Source: an uncultured Ramlibacter sp.
GTDB lineage: Bacteria > Pseudomonadota > Gammaproteobacteria > Burkholderiales > Burkholderiaceae_C
Assembly (NCBI GenBank): GCA_964501495.1
Contig: CAZCTU010000001.1
Coordinates: 1 to 40,040, forward strand
DNA length: 40,040 nt
Reading direction: 5' to 3'
This document shows, one piece after another, positions 26,858 to 35,047 of the stretch. Numbering within the stretch: position 1 is the stretch's first letter; every line of letters starts with the position of its first letter. The position numbers and the translations under genes are program-made. The notes under the pieces were generated by a model. The model did not search any database. It had not been told where the DNA came from and was given only the letters and a program-made list of their open reading frames with translations.

Positions 26858-27840
26858 TCGGTGGCCTTGAAGCCGGAAATGCGAACGGCCTCGGACCAGC
26901 GCCTGGCGTCGGCGCGCACGAAGGCAATGAAGTCCGGCGTGCTGAAAGGCAGGGGCTCGGAGTCGGTCTCGCGCCACTTCTCCACGATCGCGGGCACCTT
27001 CATCGCCTTGGCGAACTCGGCCTGCACGCGCTGCACCACCGCGTCGGGCGTGGCGGCGGGCGCCGACAGGCCGGACCAGATGTAGATGTTCATGTCCGGG
27101 AAGCCCTCCTCCAGGAAGGTGGGCACGTTGGGCATGAGCGGCGAGCGCTTTGGGGTGGAGACGGCCAGCACCTTGACCTTGCCGCTCTCCACATGCGCGC
27201 GCACCGCATTGAGCGGCAGGAAGGCGGCATTGACCTGGCCACCCAGCAGGTTCTGAACCGCCAGCGGCGTGCCGTTGTAGGGCACGTGGACCATGTTCAG
27301 GCCGGCCCGCTGGTTCAGGATCACGCCGGAAAAGTGCGAGGAGTTGCCCGCGGTGAAGGAGGCGTACGAGACCGCCCCGCCCTGCGGCTTGGCCCAGGCG
27401 ATGAACTCCTTGAGGGTGTTGGCCGGCACGGTGGAGGCGTTGACCGCCAGCACCAGGGAGGAGCCCAGGAAGCCGGTCACGTGCTTGAAGCTCTTCTCAG
27501 GGTCGTAGGGCAGCTTGGAGAACGTGTAGGGGTTGATGGTCAGCATGCTGGTGTTATTGAGCAGCAGCGTGTAGCCATCGGGCGGCGCCTGCATCAGGGC
27601 CTGGACCGCGATGATGCCGGCCCCGCCGGGCTTGTTGTCGATGATGATGTTCTGCCCGGTGTTCTTCTTCATCTCCTCGCCCACCTGGCGCAGCGCGGTG
27701 TCCAGCACGTTGCCGGCGGCGAAGGGCACGATCACCTTGATCGGGCGGTCGGGCCAGGTTTGCGCGGTGGCGGGCGCCAGCGCGGTGGATGCCAGCCAGG
27801 CGGCGGCGGCCGTGGCGAGGAATGCGCGTTTCGAGTTCAT
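26854..27840 (-). CDS. Bug/TctC substrate-binding protein
   Basis: Signal peptide, WPDRPIKVIVPFAAG, DNKPGGAG, PPDGYTL and HVPYNG. Confidence 0.93.
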   Translation of the reverse strand: MNSKRAFLATAAAAWLASTALAPATAQTWPDRPIKVIVPFAAGNVLDTALRQVGEEMKKNTGQNIIIDNKPGGAGIIAVQALMQAPPDGYTLLLNNTSMLTINPYTFSKLPYDPEKSFKHVTGFLGSSLVLAVNASTVPANTLKEFIAWAKPQGGAVSYASFTAGNSSHFSGVILNQRAGLNMVHVPYNGTPLAVQNLLGGQVNAAFLPLNAVRAHVESGKVKVLAVSTPKRSPLMPNVPTFLEEGFPDMNIYIWSGLSAPAATPDAVVQRVQAEFAKAMKVPAIVEKWRETDSEPLPFSTPDFIAFVRADARRWSEAVRISGFKATE

Positions 27841-28565
27841 GCCTTGTCTCCTTCTTCGTTGGTTCTGGGGGTCGCAAACAAATCACGCAGCGCCCGGGCC
27901 ACGGCCTGGGGCTGCTCACGGGGAATCATGTGGCCGGCGTCCTCGACGATCTCGAGGCGGGCCTGGGGAATCAGGGCGGCCAGGGCCTCAGAGAGCGCCG
28001 GCGGCGTCACCCGGTCCTGCTGGCCGACCATGACCCGCACCGGCATGGGCAGCTGGGCCAGCATGGCCCGGTGGTCCTGCCGGCCCATGATGGCCTGCAC
28101 CTGCCGGCGCGCGGTCTCGGCGCCCTGCTCCTGCATCATCTGCCGCAGCTGCGCGCCCAGGTCGGCGTCGGTGGAATGGGTGTTGAAGGCCTGCACGCCG
28201 GCGATGAAACGGGGAAAGTCGTTCGCCATCGCCGCCAGGGTCTTCTCGCGCAGGCCCCGGCTCTGCTCGGTCTCGGGCTGGGCGGAGGTGGACAGGAGCA
28301 GCAGGCCCTCGATCGAGCGCGCCGGGTGGGCCAGCATGTCCTGGGCCACGTAGCCGCCCATGGAAAAGCCGGCCACCACCAGGGGGGTGCCGGCGGGCAG
28401 GTCGGCCACCAGGGCCCAGGCGTCCTCGCGCATCTGGGCGATGCTGGCCTGGGAGGCCACATCGGCCACACGGATCTCGGCTTCGCCGGCGAGCGCTGCG
28501 CCGACGTCCGCCCATACGCGGGCGTCATTGAGCATGCCCGGGATCAACAGCAGGACGGGCGTCAT
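27837..28565 (-). CDS. Alpha/beta fold hydrolase (paralogue of 19046-19771)
   Basis: LIPGML.D..VW, GFSMGGYVA, QDRVTP and DAGHMIPRE; ATGA overlaps on both sides. Confidence 0.88.
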   Translation of the reverse strand: MTPVLLLIPGMLNDARVWADVGAALAGEAEIRVADVASQASIAQMREDAWALVADLPAGTPLVVAGFSMGGYVAQDMLAHPARSIEGLLLLSTSAQPETEQSRGLREKTLAAMANDFPRFIAGVQAFNTHSTDADLGAQLRQMMQEQGAETARRQVQAIMGRQDHRAMLAQLPMPVRVMVGQQDRVTPPALSEALAALIPQARLEIVEDAGHMIPREQPQAVARALRDLFATPRTNEEGDKA

Positions 28566-30310
28566 GCGGCGGCCTCCACCGGTATCGAAGCCTGTCCGGC
28601 AACGGCGCGCTGACGCTCCCGCAGCTCGCGCTTGAGGACCTTGCCCACCGGATTGCGCGGCAGCTCGTCGACGAGCAGCAGGTGCTCGGGCCACTTGAAG
28701 GCGGCCGTCTCCTCCACATCGCGCAGGTGGCGGACCAGTTCCTCCAGGGTGAGGGTCTGGCCCGGCTGCGGCGCCACGACGGCGCAGACCTTCTCGCCCA
28801 GGACCGGGTCGGGCACGCCGATGACCGCGCACTCGCGCACCTTCGGATGCCCCTGCAGCAGGTTTTCCACCTCCTCGGAGGAGATGTTCATGCCGCCGCG
28901 GATCACGATGTCCTTGTGCCGGCCGGCGAAGCGGTAGAACTGCTGGCGGTCGCCGGCGATCTCGAACAGGTCGCCGGTACGGTAGTAGCCCTGCTCGTCG
29001 AAGGCTCGCTCGGTGAGCTCGGGGGAGCGGTAGTAGCCGCTGAAGATGGTCGGCCCCTTGAACCGCAGCTCGCCCACCTGGCCGGGGGTGGTGATCTCGG
29101 CGCCGGTGTCCACGTCGACGAGCCGGGTGCTGACCTTGCGGGCGTTGGACAGGCTCCACTCGAAGCCGGGCACGCCGATGCGGGGGAAGAAGAGCGCGCG
29201 CTGGGTCCGGTCCGGCATGTCGGTCGGCGAGGAGGACAGGGCCGCGCCCTCGTTCGATCCGAAATAGTTCACCAGCTCGATGCCGAACTGCGAGGCCATG
29301 CGCTCCACCGTCCACGCCGGCAGCGGCCCGCCGCCCGAGCCGATGCGCTTGAGGCGGGACAGGTCCACGCCTGCCAGCTTCTCGGGCTGCTTGAGCAGCA
29401 GGTTGAGGACGGCCGGGGCCGCCACGCTGTAGTCGATCGGCTGCTCGCGCAGCTGCTGCACGAACACGTCGATGTCGAAGGGGTGGTGCTGGTGCAGGCC
29501 GCCGCCAGACATCAGCCAGGCCATCAGGCTGGTCGAGACGCCCGCCATGTTGACGAACGGAAAGGGAATCACCATCTGGGCGCCGCGCTGGAGCTGGCCC
29601 GCGTCGATGACCGACTGGCCGACGATCAGCCACTCGTTGTGGCTGCGGGGCACGCCCTTGGGCCGGGCCTCGGTACCCGAGGTCCAGCAGAGGGTGAGCA
29701 CGTCATTGGCGCTCAGGCCGATGGCCGCCATGTGCGTGCGCATCTGCGAGGCGCTCCAGGGCCGCGCGTTGGCCAGCGCCTCGCGCAGGTCCAGCGCGCC
29801 TGCCGGCGCCTGGTCGGCGCCCAGGGCCCAGACCCGCTCCAGGCCTGGAAACTGGGTCAGGTGGCCAAGCCAGTGCTCGGCGCAGGCGTGCTGCCCGACC
29901 CGGGTCGCCACGATGGCCACGCGGGCCTGGCCGGTCGCCACCACATGCGCGAGCTCGTGGGCGCGGTACTGCACCGGCACCGGCGAAACGATGACGCCCG
30001 CCATGGCGCAGGCCAGGTAAATGGCGTGCATTTCGGCCACGTTGGGCATCTGCACCACCACCACATCGTCCTTGCGCAGGCCCTGGGCCTGCAGGACGTC
30101 CAGCCAGCGACCGACCTGCGACTGCAGCTCGCCCCAGGTCCAGCGCAGCGGCGCCTCGCCGGTGATCCGCGCCCGGTTGGGCGGGTCGGCCACGGCCAGC
30201 GTGTCCGCCAGCTCGGGCACCTGATCGAGGAAGATCTCCCCGATCATGCGCTCGCCCCACCAGCCGCGGCGGGTGAAGTCCTCGATCTTCTCCTTGGGCA
30301 CCAGGATCAT
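28562..30310 (-). CDS. Acyl-CoA synthetase / class I adenylate-forming enzyme
   Basis: WTSGTEARPKG P-loop, FGSNE, YRTGD, GRHKD.VIRGG.NIS..EVE and LPRNPVGKV. Confidence 0.93.
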   Translation of the reverse strand: MILVPKEKIEDFTRRGWWGERMIGEIFLDQVPELADTLAVADPPNRARITGEAPLRWTWGELQSQVGRWLDVLQAQGLRKDDVVVVQMPNVAEMHAIYLACAMAGVIVSPVPVQYRAHELAHVVATGQARVAIVATRVGQHACAEHWLGHLTQFPGLERVWALGADQAPAGALDLREALANARPWSASQMRTHMAAIGLSANDVLTLCWTSGTEARPKGVPRSHNEWLIVGQSVIDAGQLQRGAQMVIPFPFVNMAGVSTSLMAWLMSGGGLHQHHPFDIDVFVQQLREQPIDYSVAAPAVLNLLLKQPEKLAGVDLSRLKRIGSGGGPLPAWTVERMASQFGIELVNYFGSNEGAALSSSPTDMPDRTQRALFFPRIGVPGFEWSLSNARKVSTRLVDVDTGAEITTPGQVGELRFKGPTIFSGYYRSPELTERAFDEQGYYRTGDLFEIAGDRQQFYRFAGRHKDIVIRGGMNISSEEVENLLQGHPKVRECAVIGVPDPVLGEKVCAVVAPQPGQTLTLEELVRHLRDVEETAAFKWPEHLLLVDELPRNPVGKVLKRELRERQRAVAGQASIPVEAAA

Positions 30311-30314
30311 TGCG

Positions 30315-31769
30315 TCACTTCCAGCGTTGCAGGGTCTGCTCGCTCACGAAGGTGGCATGGAAGCCATGGGGCACCCGCCGCGGCAGGATCACCCGGGCCA
30401 CCGGGCCTTCGGCCATGCGGGCGCCGCGGGCGTCAAAGACCTGCACCTCGGAGCGCTGGTCGACCGGGTTCCACACCAGCATCACCAGGTAGCCGTCGTC
30501 CTCAGACTGCGGGTTGTCACGCGGCGCAAAGCCGGGCTCGTTGTAGAAGAAGCGGGGGCCGGCGCTGTAGGCCACATAGCCCCCGGACTCGAGGTCGTAC
30601 TTGACCAGTCCGGGAAAGCGCGGCTCCTCGCGTCCGCCCTGCGGAAACACCACGTGGTAGGACCAGCGGTTCCTGCGCCCCTGGAAGGCGCTGTTGATCA
30701 CCGGGAACTCGGTGTTCAGCACGTCGTCGATCGCGCGCTCGCGGGTCTTGCCGGTCTTGAGGTTGAAGCGCCACTCGTACAGCAGGAAGTCCCGCTGGCG
30801 CTGGTGGATGGTCTGCTCCAGGCGGCGCGCGTCGATGCGGCCTGATTCGTCGCGGTAGGTGCGGTAGGGCGTTCCCACCATCACCACTTCCTCGCCCTCC
30901 TCGCCCTTCTCCTCCCAGGCGTTGACCACGTGCAGCATATAGGTGGGCTCGGCCTCGAACCAGCGCACCTCGCTCGCCTGTCCGTAGCGCGGCACGATGC
31001 CGAAGCGCGAGGGCTGCGCGGGGTTGAAGCGCACCTTGTACCGGCCCGACTTCAGGGCCTCCGGGTCCGGGCGCAGCGGGAAGTCGTGCAGGATGGTGTA
31101 GCGCTCGGTGACCGCCATGTCGTGCGGCAGGCCGGGCGCGGGCAGGTCGATGTCGATCTTGTGCCGCAGCTTGCGGTCGGGCCCGACCACGCCGTACTGC
31201 ATGTAGGGGGGCGTGAGCGCGTAGTCGAAGAACAGCAGCTCGCCGGTGTGCTCGTCGGGGCGCGAGTGGGCGGAGATCCGGCTCACCGCGCCGTCGAAAT
31301 CGGCCGTGCCCAAGGTTTCCAGGCTCTCGGGGTCGAGCGCGTAGGGCATGCCCGAGCGGTACCACATGGTGATGAGGCGGCCGGCGTGGTACTTCACGTC
31401 GGTGTTGGAGGTGTTCTTCAGCGGCTCGTCGGGGCGGTCGACCCGCATCGGCTCCTTCAGCCCTTTCCACAGCGCATGGCCCGCGGCCTGTTCTTCGCGC
31501 AGGGCCGAGGTCGACACCCACCGGTTGCGGTAACTCACCTTCCCCTGGCGGAAGCGGACTGCGTGCAGCATGCCGTCGCCGTCATAGGCGTGGTAGCGCC
31601 AGTCGGGCGGGTAGAAGGCATTGGGGCCGTTGCGCACGTACAGGCCATTGAGGTCGGCGGGCACCTCGCCGATCACCTCGAGGGCGTCGAAGTAGTCCTC
31701 CGAATGCACCGGGGCGTTGTTGCCGTCCAGGGCCGGAATGTCATGGACGGGCAGTTCGTCGCGCTTCAT
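30315..31769 (-). CDS. Carotenoid oxygenase family dioxygenase (CCO-3)
   Basis: YVRNGPN, YDGDGM, His ligands SAHSR, PHD, MLHVVN and GFHATF, EFP and EDDGY; AGGAG RBS before MKRDEL. Confidence 0.94.
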   Translation of the reverse strand: MKRDELPVHDIPALDGNNAPVHSEDYFDALEVIGEVPADLNGLYVRNGPNAFYPPDWRYHAYDGDGMLHAVRFRQGKVSYRNRWVSTSALREEQAAGHALWKGLKEPMRVDRPDEPLKNTSNTDVKYHAGRLITMWYRSGMPYALDPESLETLGTADFDGAVSRISAHSRPDEHTGELLFFDYALTPPYMQYGVVGPDRKLRHKIDIDLPAPGLPHDMAVTERYTILHDFPLRPDPEALKSGRYKVRFNPAQPSRFGIVPRYGQASEVRWFEAEPTYMLHVVNAWEEKGEEGEEVVMVGTPYRTYRDESGRIDARRLEQTIHQRQRDFLLYEWRFNLKTGKTRERAIDDVLNTEFPVINSAFQGRRNRWSYHVVFPQGGREEPRFPGLVKYDLESGGYVAYSAGPRFFYNEPGFAPRDNPQSEDDGYLVMLVWNPVDQRSEVQVFDARGARMAEGPVARVILPRRVPHGFHATFVSEQTLQRWK

Positions 31770-31857
31770 GGCTTGTCTCCTTGCGGCCCGGGGCGGTGGC
31801 CCGGGCTTTCTGCATGACACGCAGTCTAGGGAGGAGCCTCCCGGCACGGCGGTACAA

Positions 31858-31892
31858 TTTCGATATATCAAAACCTGTGCCGATATGTCGAA
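31858..31892. promoter_or_regulatory. Candidate IclR (PcaR/PobR-like) operator: palindrome TTTCGATATATCAAAA plus a second copy CGATATGTCGAA over the iclR start
   Basis: 7/8-paired inverted repeat at 31858-31873 and a related copy at 31881-31892, in the divergent CCO-3/iclR promoter region. Confidence 0.6.
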
Positions 31893-32703
31893 TTCCACCC
31901 GGGTAGAAACCCGAACCGGCGCCGTCCGGCGCGTGCCCGCCGGCCTCGAGGAATACGAGGGCGACCGGCAGTTCGCCACCACCCTGGCACGCGGCCTGGA
32001 GCTGCTTCGCTGCTTCACCCCCGAAGAGCCGGTCCTGGGCAACAAGGAGCTGGCCCGCCGCCTGAACCTGCCCGCGGCCACCGTCTCGCGCCTGGCCTAC
32101 ACCCTCAGCTGCCTCGGCTATCTCGCACCCACCGAGCAATACGGCAAGTACCAGCTCGGGTCCGCGGTGCTCTCGCTGGGGCACCCGGTGCTGGCGCAGT
32201 TCACGCTGCGCCGCAAGGCCCGGCCCCTGATGCACGAGCTGGCGCGCAGCACCGGCGGCACGGTGTCCATCGGCATCCGGGACCGCCTCAGCATCGTCTA
32301 CATCGAGGCGGCGCGTCACTGGCACCGGCGGGTCTATCCGATGGAAATCGGCACCCGCCACTCCATGGCCGGCACCGCCGTCGGCCGCGCCCTGCTCATG
32401 TCCTGCCGGCCGCCGGAACGTGAGGCGTTGATGAACCAGCTCAAGGTGAAGGAGCCCGAGGAGTGGCGGCGCCACCAGCGGGCGCTGCAGGAGAACCTGC
32501 GGACCTACGCGCGCCATGGCAGCTGCGTCTCGGTCGGGGAGGTTTTCCCCGATGTGCAGGCAGTGGCCGTGCCCCTGGGCCGCATCGACCGGGGGGAGCC
32601 CGCTGCCATCAACTGCTCGTTCCAGGGCCTGCCCCTGGACGAGGCCTGGCTGCGGCGGGAAATCGCCCCGCAGCTGCAGGCCCTGGTGCGCGAGCTGATG
32701 TGA
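31885..32703 (+). CDS. IclR family regulator, divergent from the CCO-3 operon
   Basis: FATTLARGLELLRCF...LPAATVSRLAYTLSCLGYL HTH; TAVGRALL. Confidence 0.92.
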   Translation: MSNSTRVETRTGAVRRVPAGLEEYEGDRQFATTLARGLELLRCFTPEEPVLGNKELARRLNLPAATVSRLAYTLSCLGYLAPTEQYGKYQLGSAVLSLGHPVLAQFTLRRKARPLMHELARSTGGTVSIGIRDRLSIVYIEAARHWHRRVYPMEIGTRHSMAGTAVGRALLMSCRPPEREALMNQLKVKEPEEWRRHQRALQENLRTYARHGSCVSVGEVFPDVQAVAVPLGRIDRGEPAAINCSFQGLPLDEAWLRREIAPQLQALVRELM

Positions 32704-32733
32704 CCGTCCGGCCCTCCCGTGTGAAGGCGCGGG

Positions 32734-34635
32734 CTAGGCGAAGGCCAACGCGACCCGGTAGGTGATGAAGGAGGCCAGATAGGCCAGCGCGGTCAGGTAG
32801 CCCGCCGCGACCGCCGGCAGGCGCCAGCTGCCCGTTTCGCGCCGGATCGTGGCCAGGGTGCTGATGCACATGGGCGCGAACACGTACCAGGCCAGGAGCG
32901 AGAGCGCGGTGGCCTGCGTCCAGTCCTGCGCGATCAGCGGCGACAGCGCCTGCGCGGTGTCCTCGGCATGGGCCGAGAGCGCGTAGACCGTGCCCAGCGC
33001 GCTCACTGCCACCTCGCGCGCGGCCAGGCCCGGCACCAGCGCGATGCAGATCTGCCAGTTGAACCCCACCGGCTCGAACACCACCGCCAGCGCCCGGCCG
33101 ACCATGCCGGCAAAGCTGTAGGTGATGGCCGGCTCGGTGGCGCCTGCGGGCGCGCCCGGGAAGCTGGCCAGGAACCACAGGGCCAGGGTCAGCACCAGGA
33201 GGATGCCGCCCACCCGGCGCATGAAGATCTTGGCCCGCTGCCACAGGCCGATGGCGATGTTGCGCGGATGCGGCCAGTGGTAGGTAGGCAGCTCCATCAT
33301 CAGCGTGCGCACCTGGCCGCCGCTCGTGAACAGCTTGAGCACCCAGGCCACCCCCATCGCGCCCAGGATACCGGCGAAGTACAGGCCGAACAGCACCAGG
33401 CCCTGCAGCTCGAACAGGCCCCACACCTCGCGCGCCGGAATGAAGGCCCCGATCAGGAGCGCGTACACCGGCAGCCGCGCCGAGCAGGTCATGAGCGGCG
33501 CGATCAGGAGGGTCACCATGCGGTCCCTCGCATTGGGGATGGTCCGCGCGGCCATGATGCCCGGGATGGCGCAGGCGAAGCTCGAAAGCAGCGGGATGAA
33601 GCTGCGCCCGGACAGGCCCACCGAGCCCATCATGCGGTCCAGCAGGTAGGCCGCGCGCGGCAGGTAGCCCGACTCTTCCAGCACCAGGATGAAGAAGAAC
33701 AGGATCAGGATCTGCGGCAGGAAGACCAGCACCCCACCGACGCCGGCCACCAGGCCGTCGACCACCAGGCTGCGGATCCAGCCGGCCGGCAGCGCCTTCC
33801 CCAGGCCCTCCCCCACCCGGTCGGTACCCGCCTCGATCCAGCCCTTGGGCACCTCGGCCCAGGCAAACACCGCCTGGAAGATCAGGAACAGCAGCACCGC
33901 GAGCAGCAGCGGGCCCATGACGGGGTGGAGCACCACGCGGTCGATGCGGTCGCTGCGCAGGTGCGGCACCTCCTGGTCCAGGCCCAGGCGCTCGAGCATG
34001 CCGCGCACCGCCTCGTGGTCACCGCGCACATCGTGCTCAGGGTGAGCCACTTCCGCGCCGGCCGAGGCGGCGGCGCTGGCCCCATCCGCCAGACGCCACA
34101 GGGCCCGGTCGTCCAGCAGCTCGCGCAGGGCATCGGCCCCGTCCGACTGCACCGCCACCGTCCGCACCACCGGCAGGCCGAGCTCGCGGGACATGGCGTC
34201 GACGTCGAGGGTCAGCCCGTTCTTCTCGGCCAGGTCGGCCATGTTCAGGGCGACCACGCAAGGCAGGCCCAGGCGCTTGACCGCCAGCACCAGGCGCAGG
34301 TTGCGCCGCAGGTGGCTGGCGTCGACCACGCAGACCACGAGGTCGGGCCGCTTCTCGCCCCGGGCGCGCCCGTAGAGGACATCGACGGTGACCCGTTCAT
34401 CGGGAGAACGGGGATGCAGGCTGTAGGCGCCGGGCAGGTCCAGCAGCCGCAGCGGCGTGCCGCGCCGGGTGAGGAAGCGGCCCTCCTTGCGTTCCACCGT
34501 GACCCCCGCGTAATTGGCCACCTTCTGGTGGCTGCCGGTGAGGCGGTTGAACAGCGCGGTCTTGCCGCAGTTGGGGTTGCCGACCAGGGCGACCAGCGGG
34601 CCGCCGCGGTGGACGTGGACGACCGCCTCGTTCAT
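32734..34635 (-). CDS. feoB: Ferrous iron transporter B
   Basis: GTPase motifs GNPNCGKT, GVTVE, DLPG and NMAD; membrane domain LEESGYLPRAA, PLMTCSARLPVY and MELP.Y. Confidence 0.96.
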   Translation of the reverse strand: MNEAVVHVHRGGPLVALVGNPNCGKTALFNRLTGSHQKVANYAGVTVERKEGRFLTRRGTPLRLLDLPGAYSLHPRSPDERVTVDVLYGRARGEKRPDLVVCVVDASHLRRNLRLVLAVKRLGLPCVVALNMADLAEKNGLTLDVDAMSRELGLPVVRTVAVQSDGADALRELLDDRALWRLADGASAAASAGAEVAHPEHDVRGDHEAVRGMLERLGLDQEVPHLRSDRIDRVVLHPVMGPLLLAVLLFLIFQAVFAWAEVPKGWIEAGTDRVGEGLGKALPAGWIRSLVVDGLVAGVGGVLVFLPQILILFFFILVLEESGYLPRAAYLLDRMMGSVGLSGRSFIPLLSSFACAIPGIMAARTIPNARDRMVTLLIAPLMTCSARLPVYALLIGAFIPAREVWGLFELQGLVLFGLYFAGILGAMGVAWVLKLFTSGGQVRTLMMELPTYHWPHPRNIAIGLWQRAKIFMRRVGGILLVLTLALWFLASFPGAPAGATEPAITYSFAGMVGRALAVVFEPVGFNWQICIALVPGLAAREVAVSALGTVYALSAHAEDTAQALSPLIAQDWTQATALSLLAWYVFAPMCISTLATIRRETGSWRLPAVAAGYLTALAYLASFITYRVALAFA

Positions 34636-34910
34636 GCGCGCCCTGCCCCGTCCCGCAGGACGCGGACGCAGTCGGCTTCCGCGCGGCGCAGCGCGAAGGT
34701 CGAATCGCCCACCCGCACCACCAGGGGGTCACCGCCCGGCGCGGCGCGGGCGAGCAGCTCGACCCGCTCCCCGGGCAGGAACCCGATCTGCGCCAGCCAG
34801 GGCGCCCATTCGGGCATGGCGGCCGGCGCATGAAGTGATTCGATCGTGGCGGGCTGGCGCAGGGGCAGGTCGCTCAAGGCGCCCGGCGATGGCGCGGCGT
34901 TGGAAGACAT
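34632..34910 (-). CDS. feoA: Ferrous iron transport protein A
   Basis: LAQIGFLPGE.V, GGDPLVVRVG.STFALRR.EA; ATGA overlap with feoB. Confidence 0.92.
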   Translation of the reverse strand: MSSNAAPSPGALSDLPLRQPATIESLHAPAAMPEWAPWLAQIGFLPGERVELLARAAPGGDPLVVRVGDSTFALRRAEADCVRVLRDGAGRA

Positions 34911-34946
34911 CACGAAGATCGGCAGGCCCGTGTGGACGGGCACTCC

Positions 34947-34965
34947 AATGAGAATTTCTCTCATT
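34947..34965. promoter_or_regulatory. Fur box AATGAGAATTTCTCTCATT upstream of feoAB
   Basis: 19-bp near-palindrome matching AATGAGAATnATTCTCATT, about 36 bp upstream of feoA. Confidence 0.8.
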
Positions 34966-35047
34966 GTCAATGCGGCCGGACCGCCCGAGCTTGATCTGGG
35001 CCAAGTCCAGGCAACTCTAGAATTTCCCGATGCTTCCACTGCCTGCG

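Noticed and set aside
31797-31816. Possible sigma-54 promoter (TGGCCC...TGC) in the CCO-3/iclR intergenic region
   Set aside because: GG-to-GC spacing is 12 nt rather than the required 10, and no enhancer-binding protein is nearby.
5024-34833. Many long antisense or alternate-frame ORFs (e.g. 5024-6913, 17448-18962, 20360-22246, 24335-25858, 28682-30604, 32968-34833)
   Set aside because: Expected stop-poor shadows of real genes in high-GC DNA; no family motifs.
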